Program-made: the position numbers and the translations under genes
Part shown: piece by piece, positions 1-12,378 of the stretch
Layout: each line of letters opens with the position of its first letter
Position numbering within the stretch: position 1 is the stretch's first letter
The notes under the pieces: generated by a model
The model's input: only the letters and a program-made list of their open reading frames with translations
The model's database searches: none
Told to the model about the DNA's origin: nothing
NCBI GenBank assembly: GCA_012295275.1
Contig: CM022670.1
Coordinates: forward strand, 26,226,001-26,290,000
Direction: 5' to 3'
DNA length: 64,000 bases
From: Chrysomallon squamiferum
Taxonomy: Eukaryota > Animalia > Mollusca

Positions 1-1041
1 ATGTTATCGAGCCGTAACCCTTTTAATTTCGTAGCTATAATTAGACCTGAAAAACCTCTTGCTTTGTCACTTAGAGTACTAAACTACTCTTGTTTTCCTT
101 GAATGTTTTTTTTTTTTTTTTTTTTTTATATTTTAAATAAATTAATTCAAGAAATAATAATAATAATAAAAATTGGATATCATATCAGATGTGTCATAAA
201 TATTGAGATATGCTCAGATAAGCACTGAAAATTAAATTCTATCATTTATTTCATTTTTCTGTGCATTTTAGTGTTGCTGGAGGTGGCTGTTAAAGTATTA
301 TAAAACGAGCCCAGCCCCAGACAGTCAATATCTAAGGATAATGTTCTGAAGCTTTTCAAGTATACCATTTAAATGTTTTGACACGTGACATAATTATGTT
401 AACAAACAAATAGTTTAGGTTAATAGTTAATTTCAAGTTATACTGAAGAATAAGTAATTAAAATGATAAAGAAAACAGATATTTGTCTATTTGATGTTAT
501 ATAATATAAAACACAGCTCACCAATAATTAACAAATTGTCTGTTATGACTAAAAGAATGAAATAAAGATTTTACTGTTGTTGTTTTTTTGCTGATTTGTG
601 ATAATAATATCTATAAGCCAACAAGTTTTAACAATTTAATCATTTTAAGCAACACAGTTGCAAATAAAATGAATGGCAACTTTGCCAAGTAGGAAGTGGA
701 ATTTTGCCGATTGCAAGATCACTGGACACCAAGTCTTTTTATTTGATATTTGCTGTGACTTAAGTTAAATATATTTTTGTTTATTAGTATGTTGGAAATG
801 ATCTAATGGATACATAGAGTAGTAACTTTATTCATGTAATTTTAAAAACATAGGGTTGAAGTTGACAGTCTTGGACTCATATGTTCATGTTGTGGGTTTT
901 GTTAATTATTTTAATACTGGTGTACAATGTCTTTAATTATTGTTAACAGTAAGTAAAAGATAATTATTGTTCATTAAATGTTTAGTCTATTTAAAGGCAT
1001 TCTTCTCTTATTTGAGAAAGGTGATATTAGTTAATTTCAAA

Positions 1042-1167
1042 ATGGAGCAGAAACAGAAACTCGAAGAGTCGGTGAGGAAACGAATTACTGCAGAAGAACG
1101 AGCTTTCAAAGTAGTTCTCAGATTGATAGAAGAAACATCTGTATCTGAGGATTATTTGGCAGATGCA
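1042..1167 (+). CDS. RPAP2: RPAP2 coding exon 1 (MEQKQKLEESVRKRITAEERAFKVVLRLIEE...LADA)
   Basis: ATG at 1042 and donor GCA|GTAAGT at 1168, phase 0. Resembles LEAAVRKKIEFERKAL of vertebrate RPAP2. An additional upstream exon cannot be excluded. Confidence 0.85.
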
Positions 1168-4100
1168 GTAAGTTTTGGTGAAATTTTAACCTTTTTTACA
1201 AAGAAACCCAACAAAACAGTTGTTCATACTTCATTTCATATGCATCATACTTTAGTAAAAAGTAGTTGGATTCAGTTTGAGCTGGATTCATTTAGTAGAC
1301 ACATTATTTTGAAGAAATTATAATTAAAAACAACAACAATTGTTCACTCTTCATTTCACATAATTATATGAATTCAGTTTAAAGCTTGGGATCTTCAAAA
1401 TAACTTGAGGTAAACAGATTTTAATCATAGTTACTGGTGTTGTTATTTTTGTTAAATACAGATATAGTATTATTCTATCATAACGCAGACAAGTGAACAG
1501 TTGAGATTTTAATGTGCTAATGTCTGTTCATCCACAAGCACCAGTAAAGTAAAACACAGTGAAATGAACGTAACTAGTTAATTTGCCAAAGGAAAAAAAG
1601 GAGGATAAATAAATTACAGTCCAATTTAGAAAGGTAAAAGTTTAATCAGTATATAGGTGTTTGTAGGTAACAAATCCAGTTTAGGTAAAGCCCACATAAT
1701 TTGTTTTGTATCTTTTAGATGATTATGCATTTAAAACTTTAAAATATTTATTTTTTATTTTCTGATAAATGAGAAACAGTTAATAAGGAGATAAATATGT
1801 TTCTGATTTCATATCTTAAATTGATTATAATGGATTTAACACTATTTAATGGTTTTATATATAATAGTTTTTAGCATTTCATAGTAAATAGAAAATGAAA
1901 AAGCAAAAAAGACACATTAATATTTGTAGAATTTCGTGTTCTTGTATTGTTAAATTATTTTATATGTTTGTGTATTTTCTTTATTTACAATTATATTCCA
2001 GGGTCAGATGATCATTTCTGAATCGTATTCTGATGTTGTAGAAGAACGAGCTATCATAAAACTGTGTGGTTATCCTCTTTGTGGCAGTACTCTGAAATCT
2101 GTAAGTTATACTTACCTTACTATCATTGTGCTCATTTGCAGAAATTTTAAAATCATCATATTAAGATATTTTAGTGTGTGTAATGTTCTGTATTTAATAA
2201 AAAAAAAAAAGGATGGACAATACCTGTTCTGTATGCCTGTTATTTTACAAAGTTTTATTATTTTTGTATGAAATAACCTGTATTTTTAAAAATAAATAAC
2301 TCTGATAATCCCTGCAATTCGTTTAATAATTTTTAATTCTTTCCATTAGACTATTAAATTGTTTTTCTTTTTCTTTTTTAGTTTCCAAATCAGAAGTATC
2401 ACATTTCTACTCGAACTAACAAAGTGTTTGAGATTTCAGATAGAAAGGTCAGTCCACTTTTTAAATCAGTGAATCATTCTAAATTATCAATGTAAATAAC
2501 GATTCAGATACGTTCATGAATCAAATATCAAATAAGAAGTTAGCTTTGTAAATTAGTTTGCAATCAAAGTTATTTCTAATATTGCAGTGAATAATGTTGA
2601 TACTAACAACTGGTTTAACTAACATTTCCAGTTTGGAATATGAATATGAGATGTCTTTGTTTTATCTACTTCAGGATATAACGGGGTGTAGTGTTAGTTG
2701 TCTTCACATGTGCAATACATTTAACACCAATAACAAAACTGATAATATATCTTATTGAGCATTTTTAATAGATTGCTTGTACATCTAGATCATCTGACAA
2801 TTGCATAATGATAATCTTAATGGAAAAGATGATTATATACTTTAGTTGTTGAAATCACATATATAAATATAGATATTTTAAAAATTTATTAGTAGAGGTC
2901 ACTACTGTCAGAATAATTTATTGTTAGAATTAAAAGGCTGATAAATATTATTTTACAGTGAAACTGTTTGTAAATGGCAGATGAGTTTTATGAGAAGTGT
3001 GTAATATCATTTGTGTTTACAGAAGTTCTGCAGTAATCATTGTTACCAGGCTTCCAAACACTTTGCAAAACAGATCTCGACTTCACCAGTGTGGGCTCGT
3101 GATGAAACAACCAAAGTCAAATTTACATTTCTAGCACCAGAGACAAAACAGTGAGTTCTTGTATCATGTTGTAACAAAAGTTCTGTCCATTTTAAAGTAA
3201 ATATCTAGTTAAACCTAAGACATTTTATAAATGTGATAGTAAAGAGCTCAATGACAGATAGAAAGAGGTCATAGAGAAGAAAGAAGACAAAATAAATTGT
3301 AAATAAATCAGATATCATTTAATTTTTATTGTATTATTGAGCTTTGAAAATGGACAGAATATTTTGTTACTGTCTGATTTTTTTCATATTTAAAAATATT
3401 TACATAATGAAAATGTTCACATACTTTCAAAAACATTTTAAAAGTATTTGTTGAAGAATATATAAAAAAAAGTATATAGTTTTGGTAGATCTATTGGTTA
3501 CAGAGTCTGTATTTGGCAGAAAAGGAAAATAAAATAATTTTAGTGCTTTAAAACCAATATACTTACAATGTAAATGCTCAGTGTAAATAAACAAACTGCA
3601 TGCTGCATAAATCATTCCAATTTTTTTTTTTAAATCTGTGTTTATTCTTAGTATCAAAATAAACTGACAACATTAAATTATATGTTAGATTTTGTTACAC
3701 ATTTAACTTTAATCTTTTGATCATCTATATACACTTCATATTACGTTCTGTTTTAAAAATAATAACCTCTCTTAATTTATAATGATAATGATGATGATGA
3801 TGATAATAATAATAATTTAAAAACATTAATTTCTTGACCATCTATGTATGCTTGTTATTATCTTCTGTTTTAGAAATAATAAACTATCTTACTTTATAAT
3901 AATAATATTAATTAAAAACATTAATCTTCTTATTCACCTATATACACTTCATAATAGAATCCTATCTTAAATAAAATAAGGAAAATAAAATCCTATCTTA
4001 ATTTATAATAACAATAATTATAATAAAAAATGTATAGACACTTCATATTATCTTCTGTTCTAAAAATAATAATGTTGTTTGTTTCAGAGGACTGGTAGGA

Positions 4101-7100
4101 GAAGAAGTGTTTTGGTCTCCACGAGATACTCTGGCAAAAGAGATAGACAAGTTGAAAGCACTTGATGAGCTTCTGGAGAAGAAAAATCACACAGGTGAAA
4201 ATAAAAAAGAGAAGAAAAGTGGCACGAGAGAAAAGCAACAGGATGAAGACAGTTCAACAAAATCTGATAAAAGTGAAGAATGTCTGACTGCCTCTAGCAT
4301 TGTTGAAGACATGGCTTCACTAATGTTAAATTGTGAAGAAAAAAAGAGTGAATTTAAACATATTTCAGAAGAAGAAATTTCAGGGAATGTAGAACAGAAC
4401 ATGTCACATATAGGTAAACCAGAACAAGATGTGTTACATACAGCCAATCCGAAACAGAAAGTGTCACATGCAGGTAAACCAGAACAGAAAGTATTTCATA
4501 CAGGTAAATTAGAACAAAAAGTGTTACATACAGGTAAATCAGAAGAGAAAATGTCACATACAGATAAACCAGAAGAGAAAATAATAAATACAGATAAACC
4601 AGAAGAGAAAATAACATATACAAATAAACCAGAAGAGAAAATAGCATATACAAATAAACCAGAAGAGAAAATAACACATACAGATAAACCAGAACAAAAT
4701 GTTTCGGTTATGAGTAAAGATGATGTCTCTTGTAATCAAGTTGGTAAGAGAAAAGACAGTTATGAATCTAAAACTTTTCAGTGTGTTGTAGAAAAGGAAA
4801 ATTCAGTAGAAACAGATAATTCATTAAGTGCACCTTTACCTGGAGAATCTAATTCAGATTTTGTATTAAGACTGTTGGATAAAAGAAAACATCTATTAAG
4901 TAAAATGGCTGATGTCCAGCGGGTTGTGAATACTAATGAAGATAAAAATGAAAATAGAACTAAACACAACTCAGAAGTTATTCCTACTAAAATATCTACC
5001 AGTGAGTCTAAAACGACAGATGATAAAAACGTCCATGTTAGATCTGGAAATAAAAAACATCGTCGCAAATCCAAAAAAGGGTTATCTCCCTTGACCTATG
5101 TTGGTGACATGGTTGGACAGTGGATGACAAAGGAGACACTGGAATATTTGAAAAATGTGGAAGTTCTGAAGGAGAGAAAGTGTTGAAATCCACTGATCCA
5201 GAGGTTCAGCAACACTACATGAAGTTACTGAAACGAGCTGAAGTCAGAGAAAAACTGTTAGATTCTGATGATGATGAGGAAGATTCTTCCACTCCGTCCA
5301 AACCACTTCCAGATTATAAAAAACTGAAAGAAGAGACTGACCTGTTTCAGTCTAAAGTGGAGTCTTTCTTCAAGGGACATTTAATGGTGAAGGTAAACAA
5401 TACTACAATTAATTATGGTTCGATAAAAATGTTGTGAGTAAATAAATAAATATATACTGTTAATTAAAAATATTTTGATTTTGTTATAATATAGTTATTT
5501 TCTTCATTATTCAAATAAATACATTAATCAAAAATAGTATTTTTGTGTGCTGTTATTCAGCTAATAAAAACAACATAAAAGGCTTATAATTCTTAATTTA
5601 AATCTTTATAAGTTGTTACATGATTGTTTAAGCTACTTTCTACTTTACTTCAGTTTATCATATGATAATGATTGTAGAGAGCTATATATTTTATATATTT
5701 CATAAAGATACTGATATTCATTACAGTAAAACCATTGCTTTTAAAATTTACTAATAGTAATATTAATAATGATTATTTGAGTAGTTACATTATTCTCATA
5801 TTTAGGAACATTTTTGTATTGATTTATAAAAATAAGATTTATAAATAAATTTGTATAATCTTTTCTATGATTTTGATTCTATTTATTTATTTATTTTTGA
5901 GCAGCCACCAGAAAAAGAGGAATCCTCAGAAAATGACAGACCTATTTACCTGCCAACAGTGGACTCCATAGATCAGCTGCAGATCAGAAGAAAAATTGTC
6001 ATGGACAGGCTCAGTAAAGCGTATGTTGATATTACAGTATATCACAAATTAGTATAGATTGCACTAACCTATATATGTTGTATGAAAATAATTTTGGTAT
6101 TTCAAAGTGTGAAAATGGCTAAAAATCATAACTGTCGCTCACAGTATCTGAGATATCATCTCTGCAAGATTTGTGTGTTATGCATATTTTTATATAAAAC
6201 AAATTTCTTGTCTTGTATCTACTCACAATGTATCATTGTATCACAGCACCCAGCTAAAGAACCTTTTTAACCATTACATTTCTGGACAGGTACTCATTAT
6301 AAACTTTGGCTTGGGAAGTATTTGGAATAAGTAGAGTAGAATTTTGTGATATTTTTCATTATCATCCTTTTATATTTTGATGAATAATTCAGCAGAATTG
6401 AAACTAATAAAACTGTAATGTGTTTATCTTGGGATGTATAACACTAAGTCTGGCTGATTTTAGGAGAATATTTTTTTAATACATAGCCATTTAATATGTG
6501 TAAAATTTAAATTTTATTTGTATTTGTTTAAAATTCAGTGTACCTGATTTGTTGACACCATTAAGATTGACTCTGCAGGATGTGACAAGAGAATTACGAG
6601 AACTCATCTTCACGTTCAGGTCAGATCTCTTCATTTTTTATTTAATTTTATTAATACTACGTACAAATAGCCTGTGTACATTTTGTGTACTAATTATTAC
6701 TGTATCCTGCTTTCTTTGTTTTTTTGTACCAATTTCTGCTATAATAAAGTATGACAGGAAAATAACAGTCTTCTGAGAAAAAAGTCTAGAACTGACAATT
6801 TCTATTATCTCATTAAAAAAAAAAAAAAAAAAAAATAAAATCATAAAAATATTTGCAAATTTATGCAAATCTCAGTAAGAATATTTTTTATTTTAATTTT
6901 TTTTCTGTGATTCAAATAAAATGGTTGAATTTAAAAAAAAAAATTAGTAAAAAAAGCATTCTATGTGATTATGTCTTACAAGCTTGTTATTTTTATCAGT
7001 AGTAATCACAGGTGTTTTCAAATTAAGATAATCTGAATCATATGAATTGTATTTTTGTTTTTTGTTTGTACATTTTAATTACTCTTATTTAATCTTACAT

Positions 7101-7744
7101 ATTTCATATACTAAAATCTTTGTTTGCTTTTCAGACTTGACAGCAAGAATATTTTGTTCAAACCTGCAGAATGGACTTTAGTGGCTTTGATTTTGTTCAG
7201 ATTGTAAGTAACTATATCTTTATACAAGTACAACATATTTCTCAATTAAAATCATGTAATATCTTGTTGTGATTTTTTGTGTGTTTTTTTTATAAATACT
7301 GTTTCCCTAAACAAAACCTTTTTTTTCTACAACATAGCCATTGTATTCTGTTTCATATTTTTGTAATTTGCACTCTTTGATTAAATTAGAGAGCACGATG
7401 TGATGAAGAATTGATTCTGTTTTGTATATAAAACATTAAAGTATATTCTTCCATGTCTGTCATTTTGAATTTAGCATTTTTATAAATAACGAAAAGATAC
7501 ATCACAACTGCCTGTTTTAAAATTTATTAATTTTATTTTTTTAAATTTTATTTTTTATTATTATTCTTTTTTTTTCAGGTTATCTGTGAAAATGAAACAG
7601 GTTGAAGAAGCTTTTAAACAATCATCTTTTGTCCATTTCTGTAGTGTCCTGTTGGAAGGACTTGGACACAGCCAGAAAGACATTGACACAATAGTTGACC
7701 AACTGATTTCTAAAGACTACAACAGCAAGCTGAAAGTAAAATAA
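1042..7744 (+). CDS. RPAP2: RNA polymerase II-associated protein 2 (Rtr1/RPAP2 family CTD phosphatase), 9 coding exons: 1042-1167, 2002-2100, 2382-2447, 3023-3150, 4088-5392 (1-nt frameshift inside), 5905-6020, 6539-6619, 7135-7203, 7579-7744
   Basis: The spliced translation contains [52 protein letters not shown] (Rtr1/RPAP2 zinc finger, CxxxxC...CxxxC), WMTKETLEYL, KPLPDYKKLKEET, PTVDSIDQLQIRRKIVMDRLSK and KPAEWTLVALIL, all colinear with metazoan RPAP2 as recalled. All introns are GT-AG with matching phases. Exons total 2156 nt, one short of 719 codons. The start ATG at 1042 is the least certain part. Confidence 0.95.
2002..2100 (+). CDS. RPAP2: RPAP2 coding exon 2 ([33 protein letters not shown])
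   Basis: Acceptor ttccag ending at 2001 and donor GTAAGT at 2101. Encodes the first half of the zinc finger. Confidence 0.95.
2382..2447 (+). CDS. RPAP2: RPAP2 coding exon 3 ([22 protein letters not shown])
   Basis: Polypyrimidine tract plus TAG ending at 2381 and donor GTCAGT at 2448. Conserved KY.IST..NKV motif. Confidence 0.93.
3023..3150 (+). CDS. RPAP2: RPAP2 coding exon 4 ([28 protein letters not shown]...)
   Basis: Acceptor tttacag ending at 3022 and donor GTGAGT at 3151, phase 2. Encodes the second zinc-binding pair CSNHC. Confidence 0.95.
3700..4075. repeat. Degenerate ~105-bp tandem repeat in RPAP2 intron 4 (3-4 copies)
   Basis: The core ctatatacacttcatatt..ttctgttttaaaaataataa recurs near 3725, 3843, 3938 (partial) and 4032. 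Confidence 0.6.
4088..5392 (+). CDS. RPAP2: RPAP2 coding exon 5 (long low-complexity linker with 10-aa repeats; reading frame switches near 5151-5186)
   Basis: Acceptor tttcag ending at 4087. GLVGEEV matches the conserved GHSGEEV. ORF 4107-5186 and ORF 5120-5437 each carry conserved RPAP2 motifs. Donor AAG|GTAAAC at 5393. Confidence 0.85.
4401..4700 (+). repeat. Coding minisatellite, 10 tandem copies of a 30-nt unit (10-aa unit like xxHT[G/D/N]KPE[Q/E]K)
   Basis: Units start every 30 nt from 4401 to 4671, for example atgtcacatacagataaaccagaagagaaa, with no indels. Confidence 0.95.
5905..6020 (+). CDS. RPAP2: RPAP2 coding exon 6 (PPEKEESSENDRPIYLPTVDSIDQLQIRRKIVMDRLSK)
   Basis: Tandem GAGCAG acceptor at 5899-5904 and donor GTATGT at 6021, phase 2. 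Confidence 0.92.
6539..6619 (+). CDS. RPAP2: RPAP2 coding exon 7 (VPDLLTPLRLTLQDVTRELRELIFTFR)
   Basis: Acceptor ttcag ending at 6538 and donor AG|GTCAGA at 6620. Conserved LL.PL..TL.D and TFR motifs. Confidence 0.92.
7135..7203 (+). CDS. RPAP2: RPAP2 coding exon 8 (LDSKNILFKPAEWTLVALILFRL)
   Basis: Acceptor ttttcag ending at 7134 and donor GTAAGT at 7204. KPAEWTL motif. Confidence 0.93.
7579..7744 (+). CDS. RPAP2: RPAP2 terminal coding exon (LSVKMKQVEEAF...KLKVK*)
   Basis: Long T tract plus CAG ending at 7578. The phase-2 join gives an open frame to TAA at 7742-7744, with AATAAA near 7839. Confidence 0.85.
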
Positions 7745-8935
7745 AATCACAAAACAAAGTCCATTGTTGTGTGTCATGTTATCATAGTTTTGGTGGATTT
7801 TGGTGGTTAAGTATTTCAATTAATGAATTTAACTTACAAATAAAAATATAAATAACAAAAAACTAAATTAATAGGATTCCAAGATGCACATTTTTTCCTT
7901 TAGATATTGATTTTCAGATGTTAAAATTTAGGATAACCTTAAATTATGTTTATTGTAAGTTATATTTTTGGAAAGCATTATGATATATATGTATAATGAT
8001 GTTACATATGTGTATTTTTCTTGTATAAAAAATTTCCCATGTCATCATATAGGTACTTTTATCTTCATTGATACAGAACTGTTTCATCTGAAAACTGCTT
8101 AACTAAGTAACATTTACATAACACCACATTTTAATACTGATAACTGTGTGGTGTTATAAAAAGTATTTTTACATAAAGACACGAGGAAGGAGGTCCTCTT
8201 GAACTACTTTTTTGATCAACACCTTCAGGTTAACACATTCTTTTTTAAACATGATTTGATACACTGGCACTAGCAATCTTCTAATGAGATAAAATCGTAT
8301 ATCTTATGTTCACCTCACTTAAAAACTGTATTTTTAATAGTTACCACATTTAGTTATTAAATTAGCAAAAATTGAAAATAGAAATTCACATATTCCGTAT
8401 CCATAGATACATATAGCCAACATCCACCAGTGTTTGAGGTTCACCAGTTCAATACAGTTAAAAAGTGTAATTCCTTTTAAACAGTACATGCATAGTTCCT
8501 GTAAACTGAAAATATACAATGGAGGGAAATAAGTGAAAATGTTAAATCTGGAAGAATTTTATAACGTATTAGCAATGCTTTTCAATAACATTTGTTGGTT
8601 TTGAAATAAAAATAGAACTGCCTTTAAGATAAATTTAAAGTACAGCTGGAAATACTTTGTAACACATTTTCACCTAAGAGAGGACAACTGCATTAAAAAA
8701 AAAAATTTAAAAAATATTTTACTTTTTTTACTGTTTTGTTTTTTAAACATTAAATACTTTTGCTTCTTTGTTTAGGAAGATGGCTAATAACAAGAAAGTA
8801 AAATGGTTTATTAATGAAGTACGTTTCGCAAGAGACGTTGAAAGATCGGAAAAATATGTTTTAAAATATGTAGAACTAGACACAGAGAAAAATGGTTCAT
8901 AATCGGGAATAATTTTCAATGATTCGTAAAATTCA

Positions 8936-8990
<55 letters not shown>
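8936..8990. repeat. (AAT)n microsatellite
   Basis: Perfect trinucleotide run. Confidence 0.95.
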
Positions 8991-8992
<2 letters not shown>

Positions 8993-9917
8993 CAGAAGAA
9001 GAATATAAACCATTCAAAACTTGTTACGTCTAGCTAAAACAAACCAGACAGAAATAACTAGGCTGAAGAAAAAGATTGTTTAATAGTTTTCAGCTTTATG
9101 CTCGGACTTTAGAAGAGACAACGGAGGCTGAACAAAGTGACAGTAATATATTTTGAATAGCAGTTTACCAGAAAAAAATAAAAATCGACTTCAATCAAGA
9201 AATATTTGTTGTTGTTTTCTTCAAAATACATGTAGGTCACTGACACCACTATTTCGAGTGTTTTAATCGACTACTGTAATCGGATATATCTTGTGTCACC
9301 ATGAATTATTCTCAGTAATGCCACGCTTAAGCATTATGTTAATTTTTTTTCCCCGCCATGGAATGTTTTCAGTGATAAAGGCTATCTGCAGAAAAAAAAA
9401 AAAAAAAAAAAAAAAAATCCTATTCATCGATATATCTTGAAAGCTATCTGAATTACACACATCAGACGTTGTTAATTCAATATTGTGAAATTTGTAACAG
9501 CTAGTATTAACAGGCACTTAAGTTTAACCCGACACCGTTTGTGTCAGGTTATTAGGTTTCCCGCTCAGCTCGGTGTTTTTCGTGAAGCTTTAACATGCCG
9601 AGGAGACGTGGTACTGGACGTGCTCTTGAATTTGATGACAAACAAAACAATTGATTTTCCTTAAAAGTATTTGATTAACGGTCTCGTATGTTACGGGTTG
9701 CTGTTTTGTTTTCTCTGATATGTATTTTTACTTGTATGGCATGTCTAATTTGTTAATATATTGCATCAAGAATGTAGAGCAATAACTCTTTTGTATAATA
9801 ACATTTATAAAAAAATATATTTACTTTCTGTTCTTTGGTTGAATCATTTTCCTTTTTATGTCATTTTTGAAAATAAGTTTTGCAAATACAGATGTTAAAC
9901 ATTCGTTCCATGTAAAA

Positions 9918-9952
<35 letters not shown>

Positions 9953-10007
9953 CCTTGCGTATTTTTAAAATTAAAAAATAACACGAAAATTAACGAGACG
10001 TTCAGCA

Positions 10008-10013
10008 TTTATT
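10008..10013 (-). terminator. Candidate polyadenylation signal (AATAAA) of the esterase gene, implying a ~3.8-kb 3' UTR
   Basis: tttatt on + at 10008-10013, at the end of a U/UGUA-rich stretch on -. Other AATAAA hexamers lie closer to the stop codon. Confidence 0.35.
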
Positions 10014-11187
10014 GACAATACATTCTGACAAGTAACAACAAAATTATTAATAAATACAAAAATAGTTACAATAAAACCTTACAATAATTACCGTACGGCT
10101 GGTGAACGCAGATATGTAACAAACTTAATATCTGTGTAGAAATCAAATTAGTTTTCACGTACATTTCACTTTGATAAAGAGATCACTTCGCGTCAGAATT
10201 TCAGAACCAGTGTTTCAGTCAGTGTCAGTAAATCAGTGTGATTAGTACACAGACAACCTCTTTCACATCACAGTTTACAAGAAACATTTTACCATCGACG
10301 CCACCTCGTTGCTTGTCAACATTAAAACACTTCGCATTTTTTCGTCGAATAAAGTGTAACTGCGACTAAGATGTGAAAGATAGCCGAAGACATTTGATCA
10401 ACGTAGTATCAGATATAATACGATATCCATATTCATAATGAACTTTATATTCGTAGGGTATCCCAGTAAAAATTAAATTTCAGTATTTATATTCATTTAC
10501 TAAAAATTAAGTAATACTGCTGGTAAAATATATAATTTAATTATTATTCTCATTTTTTTTTTTACTATTATGTTTTTGCTATTGATTATTTCATTTTAAA
10601 TGAAGTTATTGCTTTTAAAAAAAAGTTATATTTATAAATTCAGCGGACGTACATACATCAGAATAATGAAAATAAGTATGTTTTATTAAAAATAAAATAA
10701 TTTAAAAAATAAATAAATAAAAGAAAGAAAGGAAAAAAGAAACAACACGTCCTCAGTAAAATAAAACTATTAAGGCAATTTCTATTTATAAACCAATTAA
10801 ATTATTTGTATCGAAATGCGTTAACAGCATCAGTCGCCATTTTGTATTTGTAACATATATATTCTTTTCAGTTCGTTTTCGTTTGAAAAAATAGTTTCTT
10901 AGCTAACAGGAATAATGTAATATTTATCTTGTTTGTTTGAATATATACATATATAATAAGTAAAATAAATAATTAAAAGCATGATAACAACGATTTATTA
11001 AAAAAACAAACAAACAAAAAAACAGTACGACAAGAAACATTAACCAGCATTCAGTTATAAAAGTACAAATAACGGTATAAAAGAGACGTGGGATGTAAAA
11101 ACACAACAACAATAATATACAAATAATTATGTGATCAGTTTCTAAATATAATATCTCACCCCGCCACTTATCTCTCGACTTTCACCA

Positions 11188-11220
<33 letters not shown>

Positions 11221-12287
11221 AAGGAGACTCGTACAAAAATACATACAAACATCAAAACATTTACAATAATTTATAACTTTACCCGGGAGGTTCGAAGATT
11301 TTGTATTTTAAATCCGTCAGTTTTAGTGAAAAAGGATTTTAACGAAGTCTGACAGTTTGGAACAAACATTTAACATAAGGATATCAGTAAACTTTACCCA
11401 GAAGGTACACATATTTAATTACTATTTAAATGCGCCGGTCTTGAGAAAAGAAAAAAACAAATTCAAGTTCATGTATAACGATTTTGGGCAAAGTCTTTAT
11501 CAACAGTTTTGTTATAAAAAAATCAATTAAATTAACGCCTTGAACAGAGCATACACAGAGTACAGCTCAGATACCTTTTTTGACAACAGGTCTGCCCCAA
11601 AAGACGGCTATTAAAAAGCTCTTCATTATTACAAAAAAGGTTAACGGCGACCAGTAATGCTTAACCTTTGGCTGTATCATTGGCAGGTATGGACATCTCA
11701 TAATATATGAGTTACTCCTTTACCAAATTCATTAGCACTAACGTTGTCTTTGGCAAACGAAACTAACACTTCTTGACTGTGTGTCAACGACAGACAGGCT
11801 CAAACCTTTAGTGAATGTAAATACTTTTAAAATCAAAATCTGACCTATTTATTTTAAACGGTCACTGCTCTGTGCATCTTCGGAAACGGAGGAAAATAAT
11901 AAAAATAATTTGTATGGTACAGAACACGGCCTACTGGGTAGCAACAATACAACGACTCACTCGGAAATGATAAAAATGTGCAACCTTTTTAGGTGATTGC
12001 AAGACGACATTACAAAAATATGGTGAAAGCCCTTTTTGAGGATTATGCCTCATGGAACTTCGAAACAATTAAAAACCGGCATTATTCGGGAAGTCTTCTC
12101 CAGGCCATGGGAACCGAGTTCGTTTGGTTGGTTTAACTGCTAAGATTCTTTAATTTTTGAAACGTGTTTTTAATTATTGTTTTACTTTAAACATTTTCAA
12201 AACTTAACTGTTTATGATATAACTGTATTTTGTGAATATGTATTTGCTTGTTTCATTTTCTACTTATAATATACATCAGTTATCTTT

Positions 12288-12288
<1 letters not shown>

Positions 12289-12377
<89 letters not shown>

Positions 12378-12378
12378 A
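12289..12378. repeat. (AAT)n followed by (AAAT)n microsatellite
   Basis: Direct reading. Confidence 0.9.

Noticed and set aside
271-360. Possible upstream RPAP2 exon
   Set aside because: All three frames contain stops and the donor is weak. It could be 5' UTR, but the sequence alone cannot support that.
4187-5074. Several minus-strand ORFs with repetitive hydrophobic translations
   Set aside because: Antisense shadows of RPAP2 exon 5 and its 30-nt repeat.
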